64,000 nt of DNA, from contig CM102284.1 in the NCBI GenBank assembly GCA_046563655.1, positions 1,736,001 to 1,800,000 of the forward strand, given 5' to 3'. The DNA is from Yuukianura sp. NJ FZ-2021 (Eukaryota). The number at the start of each line of letters is the position of its first letter. Within the stretch, counting starts at the first letter, position 1. The notes below the pieces were generated by a model that was not told where the DNA came from, ran no database searches, and worked only from the letters and a program-made list of their open reading frames with translations. The translations under genes were made by a program, and so were the position numbers. Positions 12,487 to 26,900 of the stretch are shown here, piece after piece.

Positions 12487-15400
12487 ATGAACAAGATACT
12501 GCTGCTGTTATGGAAGAACCTTCTGATCCGACGTCGTCATTACATCGTCACTGCCCTCGATGTCATGCTTCCGACACTCATGGCTCTCATCATTGTTGTC
12601 TATAACGCATTCTCAATGGCTTCAACTTCATACCACCATTCCCAGTTAGCTAGTGCAACCATCTTTCCTGTAATCCCAGAGGAGGTTCGGATTCTCTATC
12701 AAAGTTACATTACTTTTACCTAATAACATGTGTAAACCATTAATGATTAATCTGTTTACTCTGATTTATTCAAGGTTTCATTGAATCAGTCTGCACTAGT
12801 TCTTTCCGGTTCCACTGAGCTTCAGAATAGTACTAATCGTAGCCATGCAATTGTGGCCTTCACGCCTGATACTTTCGGAACAAACAGAATCATGAACAAG
12901 GCGAAGGGATACATGGGACAGTACGCCGTGTTTGGTAAACGAAAACTGAAAACTAAACTGATTTTTTCTGAAAAAGCATGTATAAACTGACATATTGAAA
13001 ACAACGTTTTATCATATGTTCCGTTGTTTTCAGATTTAAAGGGATTCGGTAGCGAGAAGGAAGCAGAAAAGTCCATAGTAGAATCCAGACTTTACGAAAC
13101 CAGTGGAAGTGCGAATGACAAAGCCAATGCTCTGATAGTCTTTCTTTCGAAATGGAACAATGTTTCTCATCCCGCGACTACCGTCGAATACAAGATTCGC
13201 ATGGTGGATTTAAATGCGAATAACTACGTCCTCACCAAGACGGACTCCCTCTTCCCAATGTACCAGGAGTCTGCTGGACCCGATCGCCGTAAGCACCTTA
13301 GTTATGTTTATCAAATAACTAATCAATCTCATCCAATTCCTCCTGTGACAGACATTCTCTTCAGCTACTACAACTCTGGTTTCACTGGACTCCAAATTGC
13401 AATCGACAAGGCACTTATTTGGATTTTGACTGGGAAGGAAGCTACACAAAAGGTAACCGATTTTTGGAAATTCAAAACAAAACATTTACAAAAAATTTAG
13501 GAAGGACTGGTTTCAAATTGTTTGTTTTCTTTGTAAATTCAGATAAACACTCAAGGACTTCCTTACCCACCGTACACTCGGTCCAACAATCTCAACACAG
13601 TTTGTCCGCTTCTATCCAGCTTGATGGTACTCGGATTCATTTCCATAGTGCCCTCTATAATTAAAAACGTGGTCTCAGAAAAAGAAACAGGAATCAAGGT
13701 TTGCAATTTAATTTTTTTTTGGAATATTGGAGTAAGCTGTGTTTATCTTAACGCTAGTTTACGTTCTGTTTACGTTTGCAGGAGTTCATGAAGATGATGG
13801 GACTGTCGAACTGGATGCACTGGTTAGGGTGGATGCTAACCTCTCTTATACTTCTCAGCATAACAATCTCCATCATCATTTTGTTTCTATTTGTTCCCCT
13901 GTCCGCCGGAGCTATAATTGGATATGGGAGCTGGACACTTTGGTGGGTCGTGTTTTTCTTGTTCGGAATGGCCACCACCGCATTCTGTTTCCTTATGTCC
14001 GCCTTCTTCCAAAATCGTAAGTTCAATATTTAGCAAGTTGGAAAAAACAGTCCAAATTACACTCTGTTTTTACTGTTTCCTTTACTATGCAGCTACGGTT
14101 GCCTCAACGTTCGGGGTTGTGATGTTTGTGGTGACTTACTCTGGACCTGTTGAGCCACTGGAGCCAAAGTACGACCAGCTGACTCTTGGCCAGAAATTGC
14201 TTCCAACTATTTTCCCGAATGTGGCTCTGCATTGGGCCATCAAGGTCATGTGTGGCTTTGAAGGCAAAGGTAAGCATAAACTAACATTGTACGTTAAAAT
14301 TATTAAAATATATGTAAATATAAAAATCATTTAAATAGTCGTTGGTGTTTATTTTTCAGGTGTCGGAGCAGGCTGGACTAATTTCTTTGAGGGCGTGAGT
14401 TCTGTCGACACGCTGTGCGTCGGATACATTTGCTTTATGCTCATCTTCGACACTGTTTTGTTCATGATGCTCACTATGTATTTTGAGAACGTGATTCCCT
14501 CTGAATACGGACTTCGACGACCGTGGAACTACATTTTTCAGGTAAAACATGTAGTTCTATTGGTTCCATCTTTTCCAATCTCTAGTCGTGACTTGTATGT
14601 GTTTTTTTTTTTCGTTAACTTCCTGGGTGTTTTTTTTTAGATTTCGAAATTCAGTCGTCAACATGAACAACCTGACACGCCTGTGTCTGCATCCTCACCA
14701 GTTAATGCCAACGGTGCATTCGAATCCGAACCGACTGACCTTCATGCTGGCATCGTTATACGGGATCTGAAAAAGAAGTTCGGGAAAGACAAAGTGGCGG
14801 TGGACATGACGGGTACTTTGAAAATGTACGAGGGACAAATTACCGCACTTCTGGGTCAAAACGGAGCAGGAAAAACTACAACTCTATCCATTCTTACAGG
14901 TAACTTAACGTAGCAATATTCGGTGTTTTTAGGTATTTTTTCAACTTCAAGGTAAATCATTAATCAATACTTTTTTTTCAGGATTGTTTGCCCCTACAAG
15001 TGGAACTGCTACTATCAATGGATTTGACATAAGGGAGGACATGGACAAAGTTCGGATGGATCTTGGTCTCTGTCCACAGCACAACATGCTCTTTGCAACA
15101 CTAACCGTGGAAGAGCATCTCATTTTCTTTGGAATCGTAAGCACAATTTAGTTTTAAAACATCCTCTTTGATTTCCAACAGCATCTCGTATTGTTTCATT
15201 TTGTAAAAGTTGAAAGGGTTGAGCTGTACGGCGGCCAGGGAAGACAGCAAATTTTTGATGGAGAAATTACACTTGATGGACAAAATGAAGTGCTTGGCGG
15301 AGCGACTTTCTGGTGGGCAGAAGCGAAAACTGTGTTTGGGCATGGCGCTGATTGGTGGAACAAAAGTTGTCATTCTGGACGAACCCACCTCAGGAATGGA

Positions 15401-18400
15401 TCCAGAGACACGCCGCGCCGTTTGGGATCTGCTGCTGGTAATAATTTTTTTTTTGGTCAAACTATTGTACCAAGTACGTTTTAGAATTCTATTTTGTCAA
15501 TTGTTGGTTAGGGAATGCGTGGCGAAAGAACGATAATTTTGACTACTCACTTAATGGAGGAGGCAGACGTGTTGGGTGATCGAATCGTGATCATGGCGGA
15601 GGGAAAAGTCAAATGCTGCGGCACACCAAACTTTCTTAAACAATTCTACGGTAAACTATATATTCAGAAGTACATCACTTAAAAGCAAACATTAATTATT
15701 TATTTTTGTGAGGCAGGCGTTGGATACACGTTGAAGATTACTGTGGCTGACCCGGCAGTTGTACCCAACGTTTTAGAAGTTATTCAGAACACAATTCCAA
15801 CAGCTTCACGCAAGAAGACGCAGAGTGGAAATGCTGCCGAGTTGGATGTGACGATTCCAAGCGAAGATAAACCGAATGCAAAGTTTCCGGTTCTTTTCTC
15901 GACGTTGGAAGGGGAGGCAGAGGGTCTTGGAATTCAGACGATTGGTCTTTCCCTTGCTACGATGGACGACATATTCATCAAGTGAGTTCACTTAGTGATT
16001 TTTGAAGGATTAACTTGTGATTTTCTTAATTACTTCAACGAATTACTTCAGAGTGGGGGAGGAGAGTGGAATTGAAGAGGTCCAAGTTGATGACAGTGGG
16101 CCAGCTGAAAATGGAACAGCGGTGGACCACGGTATGAAGCAAGATCAGAAGTGAATTTGTTATTTTCACTAATTTGATATAAATTTTGTATTTACAGTTG
16201 TTGAACTTGACAAGGACGAGCGGCTGGTGGGTTGGAAGCTGTTGCTGCAGCAGTTCTTTGCTATTTTCCGTAAACACATGACCTCTACTCGAAGAAAGTG
16301 GAAACTTTATCTCGGCCAGTTTCTCATCCCTGTGGCCCTTCTCATCTTGTGTCTTGTTCTGAGCAACCTCATCTTCACCCGTGAGCGTGACGACTCCCGG
16401 TCACCTCCACCATTGACCATGGATCTCAACATGTACAAAAATCCCGTCACTTACTTCAACACTACGTCGCAGGTCACTCACAAGCTGCTACATTTCAAAT
16501 AATTTGCAATCATTACGAACTAAACCAACCTTATTTTCCATTTAACAGGGTATGGCAAGTGCCTACACCGCAGTTGTGGGGAAATCAGCTGTTTCAGTGG
16601 ACAATGTAACCAGTGCGTTGCTGGAAATGGGCAAGCGAGACATCGGGGCTTACCGGGAGCGGGCCATCGTGGCAGGAGAATTGAACTCTGTGAGACCGCC
16701 CGAAAGCGTGACTGTGGCAACTCCGGAAAGCGTGGCAGTGGCAACGTCGAACAGCGTGACTGTGGCAACGCCGGGCAATGTGACTGTGACATGGCCGGAC
16801 AACGTGACTGCCCTCTACTCAAGCATTCCGTACCACGCTGCTCCCCTGAGTGTTAATTTGATGTCGAACGCAATTCTGCGAACAATGGATCCATCCAAAA
16901 AATACAGAATCCAACTTACGACGCATCCTTTACGAACTGTGAGTGACTGTGAAGATAAAACGACAGAACCATAGGAGCATATAGATGCAACACTGGTCGT
17001 TATAAGCAATTTCCGTTCTGTTTTTTTTTAGGAAAAGGCAGAATTCGAGCCGGATCATCCTTTGTTTGCAAGAGTGATCCCCATAATGTTTGGGACGTTG
17101 CTTCCCATTGGCCTGGCTCTTTGGGCTGCCTCTTTCATCGTGTCACCAGTAGAGGAGAGACTGAGCAAAGTATGTTGAAAAATTTGTTTTACAGTTGGTG
17201 CATTTGTCTAAACTTTTTGAAATTCTGTTTTTATTGTGAATCTGTAATATATTGTGCCTTAGGTAAAACAGATTCAGCTGATGACTGGCGTGCCTCCAGT
17301 TGTTTTCTGGATGGCAACACTCCTGTGGGATTGCTGTCTAATGCTTGTACTCGTTTGTGTCATGCTAATATGCTTCCCAATTTTCCAAAAATACGAAGTC
17401 TTCACGGCATACCATGGCACAGGTATAATTGTTATTGTTACAATTAACATGATTTGGAAATTGGTTATGCAAAACTCAGACTTTAATTTTATCTATAATT
17501 CCAGGAGTCATTTGTTTGATATTGATTTTGTATGGCGTTTCCGCCATGGCCGTCTCCTACTTATTCAGCACTTTTGTGGCTACTGTTTCTGGTGGCTTCT
17601 CTCTCGTTGGAATATTCCACATGCTCACTGGTAAAAGTCAGTTTTTTTTTAAGTTTGTTGGGTTTTGAATTCCGATGAACCTTTAGCCAAACCCGCTTGC
17701 CATCGGGTCGTGCTGACGTTTTTTTTTCAACGTTTTTGAACTTTTTTGGAGTTTTGATTTTTCATGCTGAGTTCATTCAAATTTTGTTTGCAGGGCTCAT
17801 GTTTTCTCCGATTGTTTTAAATGTGGAGTCCTTCGGGTTTGGAGACCGTGTTGAGGCTCTCCGGATAATTGGCAGGTTTTTTCCAACTTTTAGTTTGTCG
17901 ATGGGAATCATGCACTTCGTATCAACTGCTATAAAGAATAGTCGCTGTAAATTTTTGTCTGTCGACACCAAGAAGGTCATCTGTCAACCCAACGTACGTG
18001 CCCAACCGGAACAACGACAGTGTTGCCGTAATTGTAATTTAATTAATTGTCCACTATTGGAATTCGGTTAATTTACTTTCATTTTTGTACAGCCAACTGC
18101 CGCGATTTTGTCAACCCATTCGGGCCACGTTGTTTTGAGCCGCAGCCGTACTTGAGATGGTACACAGAAAATGTGGGGCCATTTGCTCCACATGGGAACA
18201 AAGTACCTGGCGTCGGACAGGATTTGCTCTACCTCTTTTTGATCGGTCTTTTCTACATCACTCTTCTGTTTATTGTGGAGTACGGACTCGTCCGATGGCT
18301 GACATCTCGTATTTTCAAATCGAAGGCGGCGCCATTTGCAAATAACAGTCCGACTGACGCAGATACGTTAGCAGAACAGCAACGTGTGAAGGACCTCATC

Positions 18401-20333
18401 AGCACAGGTAAGACCTGTTTTATATTTTTTGTTTATATTATTGCTGAATTTTTATTTCCTTAAGTATTGAACTTTATCACTTTATGGGTTTGTCTTTCTG
18501 TCTGTTTGCTTTCTCAAGGGTTCTATGCCATTGGTTCAATTAAATTGGTTCAAAACAAAATTGTTCAAAAAATTAGTCCAAAACACAACCTCTAAATACA
18601 CATTGCACCTAATGTTTTTGAACCATTTAAGCTCTTGAACCAATTCAATTTTGAACTAATCGAATTGAACTAATTAAATTTTTAATTACAAAGCCAGAAA
18701 ACGTTCACTACAAGAGTTGTTCGTCACATTGAGGCAATCAGCTTTTGTGTTGGTGACATTAACTTTTGATCTACTTCTAATATTTGTATTTAACCTTAAC
18801 ATCCGTTTCGCTAGTCCCGTATTGTTGATTTCTTTTATATACATTTTCGAATTATGTAAATAAAGGTCTGTAACCAAAATTTTTGTCTGGTTCTTTTATT
18901 TAGGTCGGACGGACGAGGATGCGTTGGTGGTGGACAACTTATGCAAAAGATTCGGATACTTTGTAGCTGTGTCGGACCTAACTTTTGGAGTGCATCGCGG
19001 AGAGTGTTTCGGATTGGTCGGTTTATTCAATAATATATAAAAATAGAAATACAACTAGTAAATTGAAATGATCGACTCAGAATAGCTGGGTGTGAACGGA
19101 GCGGGAAAAACAACGACTTTTCAGATGTTGACGGGAGACGAGTCACGATCTTACGGAAACGCCTACATTATGGGTCTAACCTTGCAGAACGACCGCTCCA
19201 AGTTTCTGCGGCAGATTGGCTACTGTCCACAGTTTGACGGAATCATTGGAGTTCTCACTGGCAAGGAAATGGTGGAACTCTTTGCACGTCTGCGTGGAGT
19301 TCGGCCGTCACGCGTTTCAGCTGAAACACAAAAATGGCTGTCCAGAGTTGGTCTTCAAGACGGCATCAATGTTCAGTGTATGAAGTACAGCGGAGGCATG
19401 AAACGGCGGTCAGCTTCAAATTTTTACTTTGAACTTAACGTTTCGATTTTTTAACTTTCCATGTTCTACCTGCAGATTGTGTGCTGCGATCGCTTTTGTG
19501 GGCGACTCTCCGATTATCCTCCTCGATGAACCTGTGAGATCATTTTTCGAAAAAAAAATCATGTAAAGCTTTATCTTGAGTTTTTTTTAGACGAGCGGTG
19601 TCGACCCCATGGCTCGTCGTCAGTTCTGGAAGGTCATTGACTCTGTGCGAGCGATCGGTCAAGCCGTAATTCTCACTTCTCACAGGTAACACACGTACTG
19701 TAGGATTTAAATAAAAGTTCTTCTTTTGAAAATAGATTTGAATTTTAAATCTTTTACTTTTTCTGTTTTTTTTTCGTCAGCATGGAGGAATGCGAAGTTC
19801 TTTGTTCCAGACTTGGAATCATGGTGAATGGACAGTTCCAGTGTTTTGGAGGAGTTCAGCATCTCAAAGCCAAGTTTGGACAGGGCTACCGATTGGTCAT
19901 CACGCTGTCTTACGGTTTCCAGTATGAACAATCGGAGGCACTGTGTGAAAAACTCGTTGAAACCTTTGGGCAATGCATTCTGCGTGAGAGGCACCAGGTC
20001 TAATACATAATTTTTAATATTAGTTAGTTTAGCAATCCAAGTTAGCTAATTGGGATTGGGTTAGCTACTGATTCAATATGCACATAATTCTGAACGTTAT
20101 TCATGTTGTTGCAGCGAATGCTGGAGTTTCAAGTGGTGGAACAAGGTGTTGGATGGGGGGAGATGTTTCGGCGCATGGAAAGTGTGAAAGAAGCATCCGG
20201 GACGTTGATTGACGACTATTCCATTACAGAGACGACGCTGGAAGAAGTATTTTTGGCGTTTGCACGGAAGCAATACCCGGAGAGAGAAGTGAAGATGTCG
20301 TGGTACAAGAAGTGCATGACATGTCGGTGTTAA
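12487..20333 (+). CDS. ABCA: ABC transporter subfamily A, paralog 2 (multi-exon)
   Basis: [18 protein letters not shown]; Walker [10 protein letters not shown] and [17 protein letters not shown] and YSGGMKRR signatures; same exon layout as paralog 1; stop TAA ending at 20333. Confidence 0.95.
16700..16812 (+). repeat. Coding 24-nt tandem repeat ([16 protein letters not shown] type) in ECD2 of ABCA paralog 2
   Basis: Repeated gtgactgtggcaac units; protein [36 protein letters not shown]. Confidence 0.85.
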
Positions 20334-20947
20334 TCCAGTGCTTAAACAGTATTAAGTTACTAAAGTCGTACCCCGAGCTATGAATTTATGCCTCTGTATT
20401 AAGTGCAGTTATGACCTGATTGATTTTTAACTCACCTTGCAGTTTTTACTACTTATCTTCTTTTTTTTTTTTTTGGCTTATAGATCATAGCGCTTGTGAA
20501 AAATTAGCTTTTATTTTAAAATAATTTGTATCACTTTGTGTGTAAATTGTCCATTTTCGCTTGAATTCTTCTCTGCACGGCATTTCTGATGTAATTTAGA
20601 GCGCATGTCTGAAAACTCCAGAACTTATGCTTGAGCTAACTTTGTCACAAAATTCAAAATGCAGTTTCAGAGGGGTCACACTGGAATTGGTTTGTTCGTG
20701 ACAACGTCTTTTCTCATTTCTTATTTGTTGTCAGGGCAACAAATCAATGTTGAGAGTTATTTGTTTTAATTTGAAATAAGTTTGACCTCTTGACCTCCTG
20801 CTTCTGGTTTGCATATTTTAGCTTTTAGACAGTAAATTGAAAACAGCAGACGTCCAACTCTTTCTCGGCTCTCGTTTTGGAAGTGAACACTGAACACGAC
20901 GAAACGAACATTACGACATCCGGCTACCAAACGCACTATTTTCCATA

Positions 20948-23900
20948 ATGAACAAGATTCTGCTGCTGCTATGGAAGAACCTCCTGTTTCGACGTCGACA
21001 TTATATCGTCACTACTTGCGAAGTCATCCTGCCGACTTTCATGGCTTTAATTGTTGCGATTATGCTCTACAACGCCCCGTCAAAAGATCTTGTCATTAAA
21101 TATACTGGTGGCGCTGTTAACCGGGATACCATCTTCGAGTTGGTTCCTGAACAGGTTCGATTTCTCATAAATCTACACATTACATTTCATGGTCACAAAC
21201 TAATATTTACTTTGTGTTAATCAAGGAATCGTTGCGGAACGCTGCAAGCAAACTTAGCGGTTATGGTTCCTCGAATCACGTTGTGTGCTTCACACCTAAC
21301 ACTTCATTCACAAGCAGAATTATGAACAGGACCAAGAAATACCTTGTAGACGATAAAGACGTGACGAGCAGGAAGTTTGGTAATAATTGCGCTAGATGCG
21401 AACTTTGTCCTGTTAGCTCGATTCGAACTTTGGCAAACGCCGGTTGCAATTTTAGGATGTGCTCATTTACACTTATATTGTCGTGGTCATGTATCCTAAA
21501 GAACGGCACTCTCTGAATTCCAAAAAAAAAAAATCACGCGAATAATTCTTCCTTAAACGAAGTGTTAAATATTCACGCGAATTTTTTTTGAATTCAAACA
21601 GTGCCACTCTTTAGGATACATAACTATTATTTATTTAACTTATGAGTTTCGGTTTGTTTTTCCTAATCTAACAATTTTTTGTTCCAGAGTTAAAGGGATT
21701 TTCGAGCGAAAACGAAGCAGAAAAGTACTTGGCACAATCCACAACGCGAGGATCCGGTGAAACTTCTGAGCAGATCACCGCTATGATCGTTTTTCGTTCG
21801 AAATGGGACCGTGTTCCTGCACCAGGCATTGTGGCATACAAGATTCGTTTAGTGGATACGGATTCGCTTAGTTTGACACAAACGGATAAGCTCTTCCCCT
21901 TGGCCCAGCGCCCTGGACCCAATAACAGTAAGAACCTTTACTGTTTGTTTTCGCTTAAATAATAAATTAAGTACTGATACTACATGATTACTAGTATGTA
22001 AAGTGTAACGTAATCCTATAAACTATATAGTAATATACTGTGAATGCTATAACATTACATATACTGTATAGTACATATCACCATGCCATAATAATCAACT
22101 CTATTCCTCATTTGACAGATGAGTTCGACAGCTATGAACATGCTGGCTTTACTGGGCTCCAAATTGCAATCGAGAAAGCACTAATTTGGATTTTGACTGG
22201 ACAGGAGTCCCCTCAAAAAGTAACCCGTTATATGTTATAACTTAAGAGGAGTTTTGTTTCAAATATTCGGTTTTTGTTTGTATCTAGATCAACACTCGGA
22301 TGTTTCCGTACCCACCGTTCAAGAAGTTAAATGGATACGACGTTGCCATTGGTGTAGTTCTGCCCCGATATCTTGTACTCGGATTCATTTTCATTGTGCC
22401 CTCCGTTATTCGGAACGTCGTCTCAGAAAAAGAAACTGGAATCAAGGTTTGTACTTGTTTTTTTTCTCTCAACAAAATCAAATATATTCCAATATTGTTC
22501 ACATAGTTTACAATTTTCGTTGTTTTTGTATAAACAGGAGTTGATGAAGATGATGGGACTGCCCAATTGGATGCACTGGTTAGCATGGATGCTAAATTCT
22601 CTCGTGCTGCTCATTATCAGCATCTCTATCGTCATCATATTGATATTTGCACCCTTTAACCCCGCCAATGGAGCAGTCGTTGAGTACGGGAATTTTACAA
22701 TTTGGTGGCTGGTGTTGTTTTTGTTCGTAATCGCCATCACCGCATTCTGCTTCTTCCTCTCCATTTTCTTTCAAAGACGTAAGGAAATCTATCATTTCGA
22801 AACTTTTTCCTTGTAAATTTATAGACTGCTTAAATTTTCAGCCGCTCTGGCGACAACGTTCGGACTTGTCATCTATCTGGCGACATACTTTGCGATCGTT
22901 GAACCGATGGAACAGCAGTACCTGCTTCTGACACTGCCCCAGAAACTTGCTTCATCTCTCGTTCCAACTGTAGCTTTGCACTGGGCCGTCAAGGTTATGC
23001 ATGGATTTGAAGGAAAAGGTGAGTTACCTTCTGCATCTTCATCAATTACCAGAGTTTTGCGTTAAAGAATTTCAACAAAGTTGGGTTTGATCTGTGTTTT
23101 GTTAGGTGTCGGAGCGGGCTGGAGTAATTTGTTTGACACCTTGATTTCCACGGATCAGTTGTGCGTCGGATACGTTTGCCTTATGCTCATTTTCGACACT
23201 GTTTTGTTCATGATGCTCACAATTTATTTTGAGAACGTCATTCCCTCTGAATACGGACTTCGACGACCTTTTTACTACATTTTTCAGGTAAAAACTAAGG
23301 TTAACTGTTCTTCTTTTAAAAAATTGTAATAATTCGTGTTTTTTTAAGTGTTCAAAATCCCGTAACCGAGATGAAGAACCTGAGGCTTCCCCTTCCTCGT
23401 CTAGACCACAACTGAAGGAGAGCGATGGATTCGAAGCTGAACCGGATGATCTTCCTGCTGGCATCGTGATAAAGGATCTGAGAAAAGAGTTCGGAAGAAA
23501 CAAAGTGGCGGTTGACATGGTGGGAACTTTGAAAATGTACGATGGACAAATCACTGCACTTCTTGGTCACAACGGCGCAGGAAAAACCACAACTCTTTCG
23601 ATCCTCACAGGTAAATTCCCATCACGTGAGTGATTTTATATAATTATTGAGTCTTCTTTTAGGAATGTTTGCTCCAACAAGTGGAACTGCCAGCGTCAAT
23701 GGTTTCGATATTAAGCATGACATGGAGAAAGTGCGGGCGAATCTCGGGCTCTGTCCACAACACAACATGCTCTTTGCCAAATTAACCGTCGAAGAACATT
23801 TTCTCTTTTTTGGGATGGTGAGCATTTTCAAATTTTTGCAAAATTTTCTAAAATGGTATCCAACTCTTTTACAATTCATTCCATTTTTACAATTTCAGCT

Positions 23901-26900
23901 GAAGGGATTGGACTGTGCGGAAGCAAAAGCAGAGACAGAGGATCTTATATGGAAGTTGCACTTGAATGACAAGAGAAGTTCATTGTCAGAAAAACTTTCT
24001 GGAGGACAGAAGCGGAAAGTTTGCTTGGGCATGGCTCTGATTGGTGGTACAAAAGTTGTCATCCTGGACGAACCTAGTTCAGGAATGGATCCAGAGACAC
24101 GTCGAGCTATTTGGGATCTGTTACTGGTAAAAACCTTGGTTTTGTTGTGTTTGTTTCTAGTATTTTGGTTTTTGATTTTTAGGCAATGCGTGGCGAGAGG
24201 ACAATCGTTTTGACTACTCATTTCATGGAGGAGGCAGACGTGTTGGGTGATCGAATTGCAATCATGGCAGAGGGTCAGGTCAAATGCTGTGGCACACCAA
24301 ACTTCCTCAAGAAATTCTATGGTATACTATATTTTCAGAAGTAGCTTACTACTAACTGAATTAAAAGCAAACATTAATGATTTTTGTGAGATAGGTGTGG
24401 GATACACGTTAAAGGTCACCGTTGCTGACCCGGCAGTTGTGCCCGACGTTTTGGAAGTGATTCAGAACGCAATTCCAACAGCATCACGCAAGAAGACTCA
24501 GAGTGGAAATGCTGCCGAGTTGGATGTGACGATTCCAACCGAGGATAATCCGAATGCAAAGTTTCCAGATCTGTTCTCCACGTTGGACGGAGTGAGCCAG
24601 AGTCTTGGAATTCAGACGATCGGTCTTTCTCTTGCCACGATGGACGACATATTCATTAAGTGAGTTCACTCTATCTTACAAGTACTTCAAGTAAGGTGAG
24701 ACAGTAATTATGTTTTCCTTACTTTCAATGCAGAGTTGGGGAGCAGAGTGGAATTGAAGAAGACCAAGTAGTTGAAACGGAAGTGACGATGGTCAACGCT
24801 GGGAACAGTATTGAAAACTAACATTAGTATTTTGAAGTCCAAAGCGATCAGGCATGTAAAAATTGAATTTAATTTGATTTTTTAATCACAGTGGTTGACC
24901 TGGACAGTCAAGAGCGTCTGACTGGACTGACGTTGGCATTACAACAGTTTTACGGTGTTTTCGTCAAACACATGATGTCCACTCTGAAGAAACCGAAGGT
25001 TTTAATCAGTCAGTTTCTCATACCGCTGGCTCTTCTCGTCCTGTGCATTTATATAAGCAACGCCATGCTCACTCCTGATGCACCAGCTCCACCACTGACC
25101 ATGGATCTCAGTATGTACAATAATCCCGTGACTTATTTCAACACTTCGTCACAGGTTACTCCTACTCAAAAACTGCTACATCTCAAATAATTTCCAATCA
25201 TTGCGGACTAAAAGCTAAGCGTATTTACCATTTCACAGGAACTGGCAAATAACTACAGAGCAGTTGTGGGAAGGTCAGCTGTTTCAGTGGGCAATGTAAT
25301 CCGTGCTTTGCTGGAAATGGGTAGTCGAGACATCGGAGTGTTCCGGGAGAACGCCATCGTAGCAGGAGAATTGAACACTGAGAGACCGCCGCCGGAAAGT
25401 GTGCCTGTGACAACGACGGAAAGCGTGACTGTGACAACGTCGGACGGCGTAACTGTGACAACCCCGGGAAGTGTGACTGTGACAACGCCGGGCAATGTGA
25501 CCGTGACAACGCCGGGCAATGTGACTGTAAAATGGCCGGACGACGTGACTGCCCTCTACTCAACCATTCCGTATCATGCTTCTCCGCTAAGTGTCAATTT
25601 GATGTCGAATACAATTCTGAGGACAATGAACGGACCTAAATATACCCTGGAACTGACGAGTCACCCTGCGAACAGTCCGCGCCGAGCTGTGAGTGAACAA
25701 CTTTACAAGCAAAAGATGCATATAATAATATCATATTATAATATTTATATATTAATAAAATTCCAATTCTTTCTCTTTGATAAGGTTTGGAGGGCAGGTA
25801 GAACCGATGGTATGAGCGAAATCCTCCTGCCATTACTGTTTGGAGTATTGCTTTCCATCGGCCTAGGTCTCTGGGCTGCCTCTTTCATCGTGTCTCCAGT
25901 GGAGGAGAGACTGTGCAAGGTAATATCCATAGCAACTTAACCGATTAGCCATTAGTAAAAAAAGGACGAACTTTTTCGCAAAAGTCTCACATCCCCCCAA
26001 CTCGATTCGAAATTCTTTAAAGAATAAAAAAAGGTAATTAAAAAAGTTTCTAAAAAGTTAAATGAATTTAAAGATACATTTTAAATTAATTTTAAAGATG
26101 AATTAAAGATTAAACTGATATAGTTGGGATGATTTGAGATTTTTGCAAAAACGTAAATTTTTTTTCGCTGGTCGCTCAGTAGAAAAACACCAAGTGTTTT
26201 CACGTTAGGTTGTTAGGGTTAATACGTCGGGAGAAATTTTGAAACAGTGTTAAAATTTGCGTCAATTGCACTCAATATTTTGAAAATTTCGTGTTTCTGA
26301 TAGGCAAAACAGATCCAGATGATGACTGGCGTACAACCTGTTGTGTACTGGCTGGCAACTCTCCTCTGGGACTTCTGCCTCATGTTTATTCTCTCTTGTC
26401 TCTTGCTTGCATGCTTCCCCATTTTCCAAAGTTTCAAAATCTACACGTCCTACTACGGCACAGGTACAGTCGCTTACAACAAAGTTCACGTAATGGAAAA
26501 AGTTACAATGCAACATTCTACTTCGTTCATTGTTTTTATTGTTTGAATTGCAGGAGTCGTGCTTTTAATTTTGGTTCTCTACGGCTTTGCCGCCATCCTT
26601 TTCTCCTACTTCTGCAGCACCTTTGTGGGAACTGTTCCTGGTGGCTTCTCCCTCGTTGCAATAGTCCACGTTGTTACAGGTGAATCGATGCTCCAGATTA
26701 CTAATTTGTTTTGGACATTTTGAAGACATGTTGAACGTTTGAACTTTTTTTAGGAATCATATTTGCTGTGCCCATTTTCATGGTTGAATCGATGGGGTTT
26801 CCAGAGAAGATCGTGGCAGTCCGCGTGATTTTCTGTTTCTTTCCAACTTTTAATTTTTCGATGGCTATAATGCGATTTATATCCGCTGCCATGAAAAATA

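Noticed and set aside
14850-14885. Walker A variant GQNGAGKTT in paralog 2 as a sign of inactivation
   Set aside because: The change is at a variable position of GxxGxGKT; the Lys, signature, Walker B and H-loop are intact.
18520-18685. Degenerate ttggttcaa / ttgaaccaa short repeats in an ABCA paralog 2 intron
   Set aside because: Probably a decayed repeat, but the boundaries and TSD cannot be defined.
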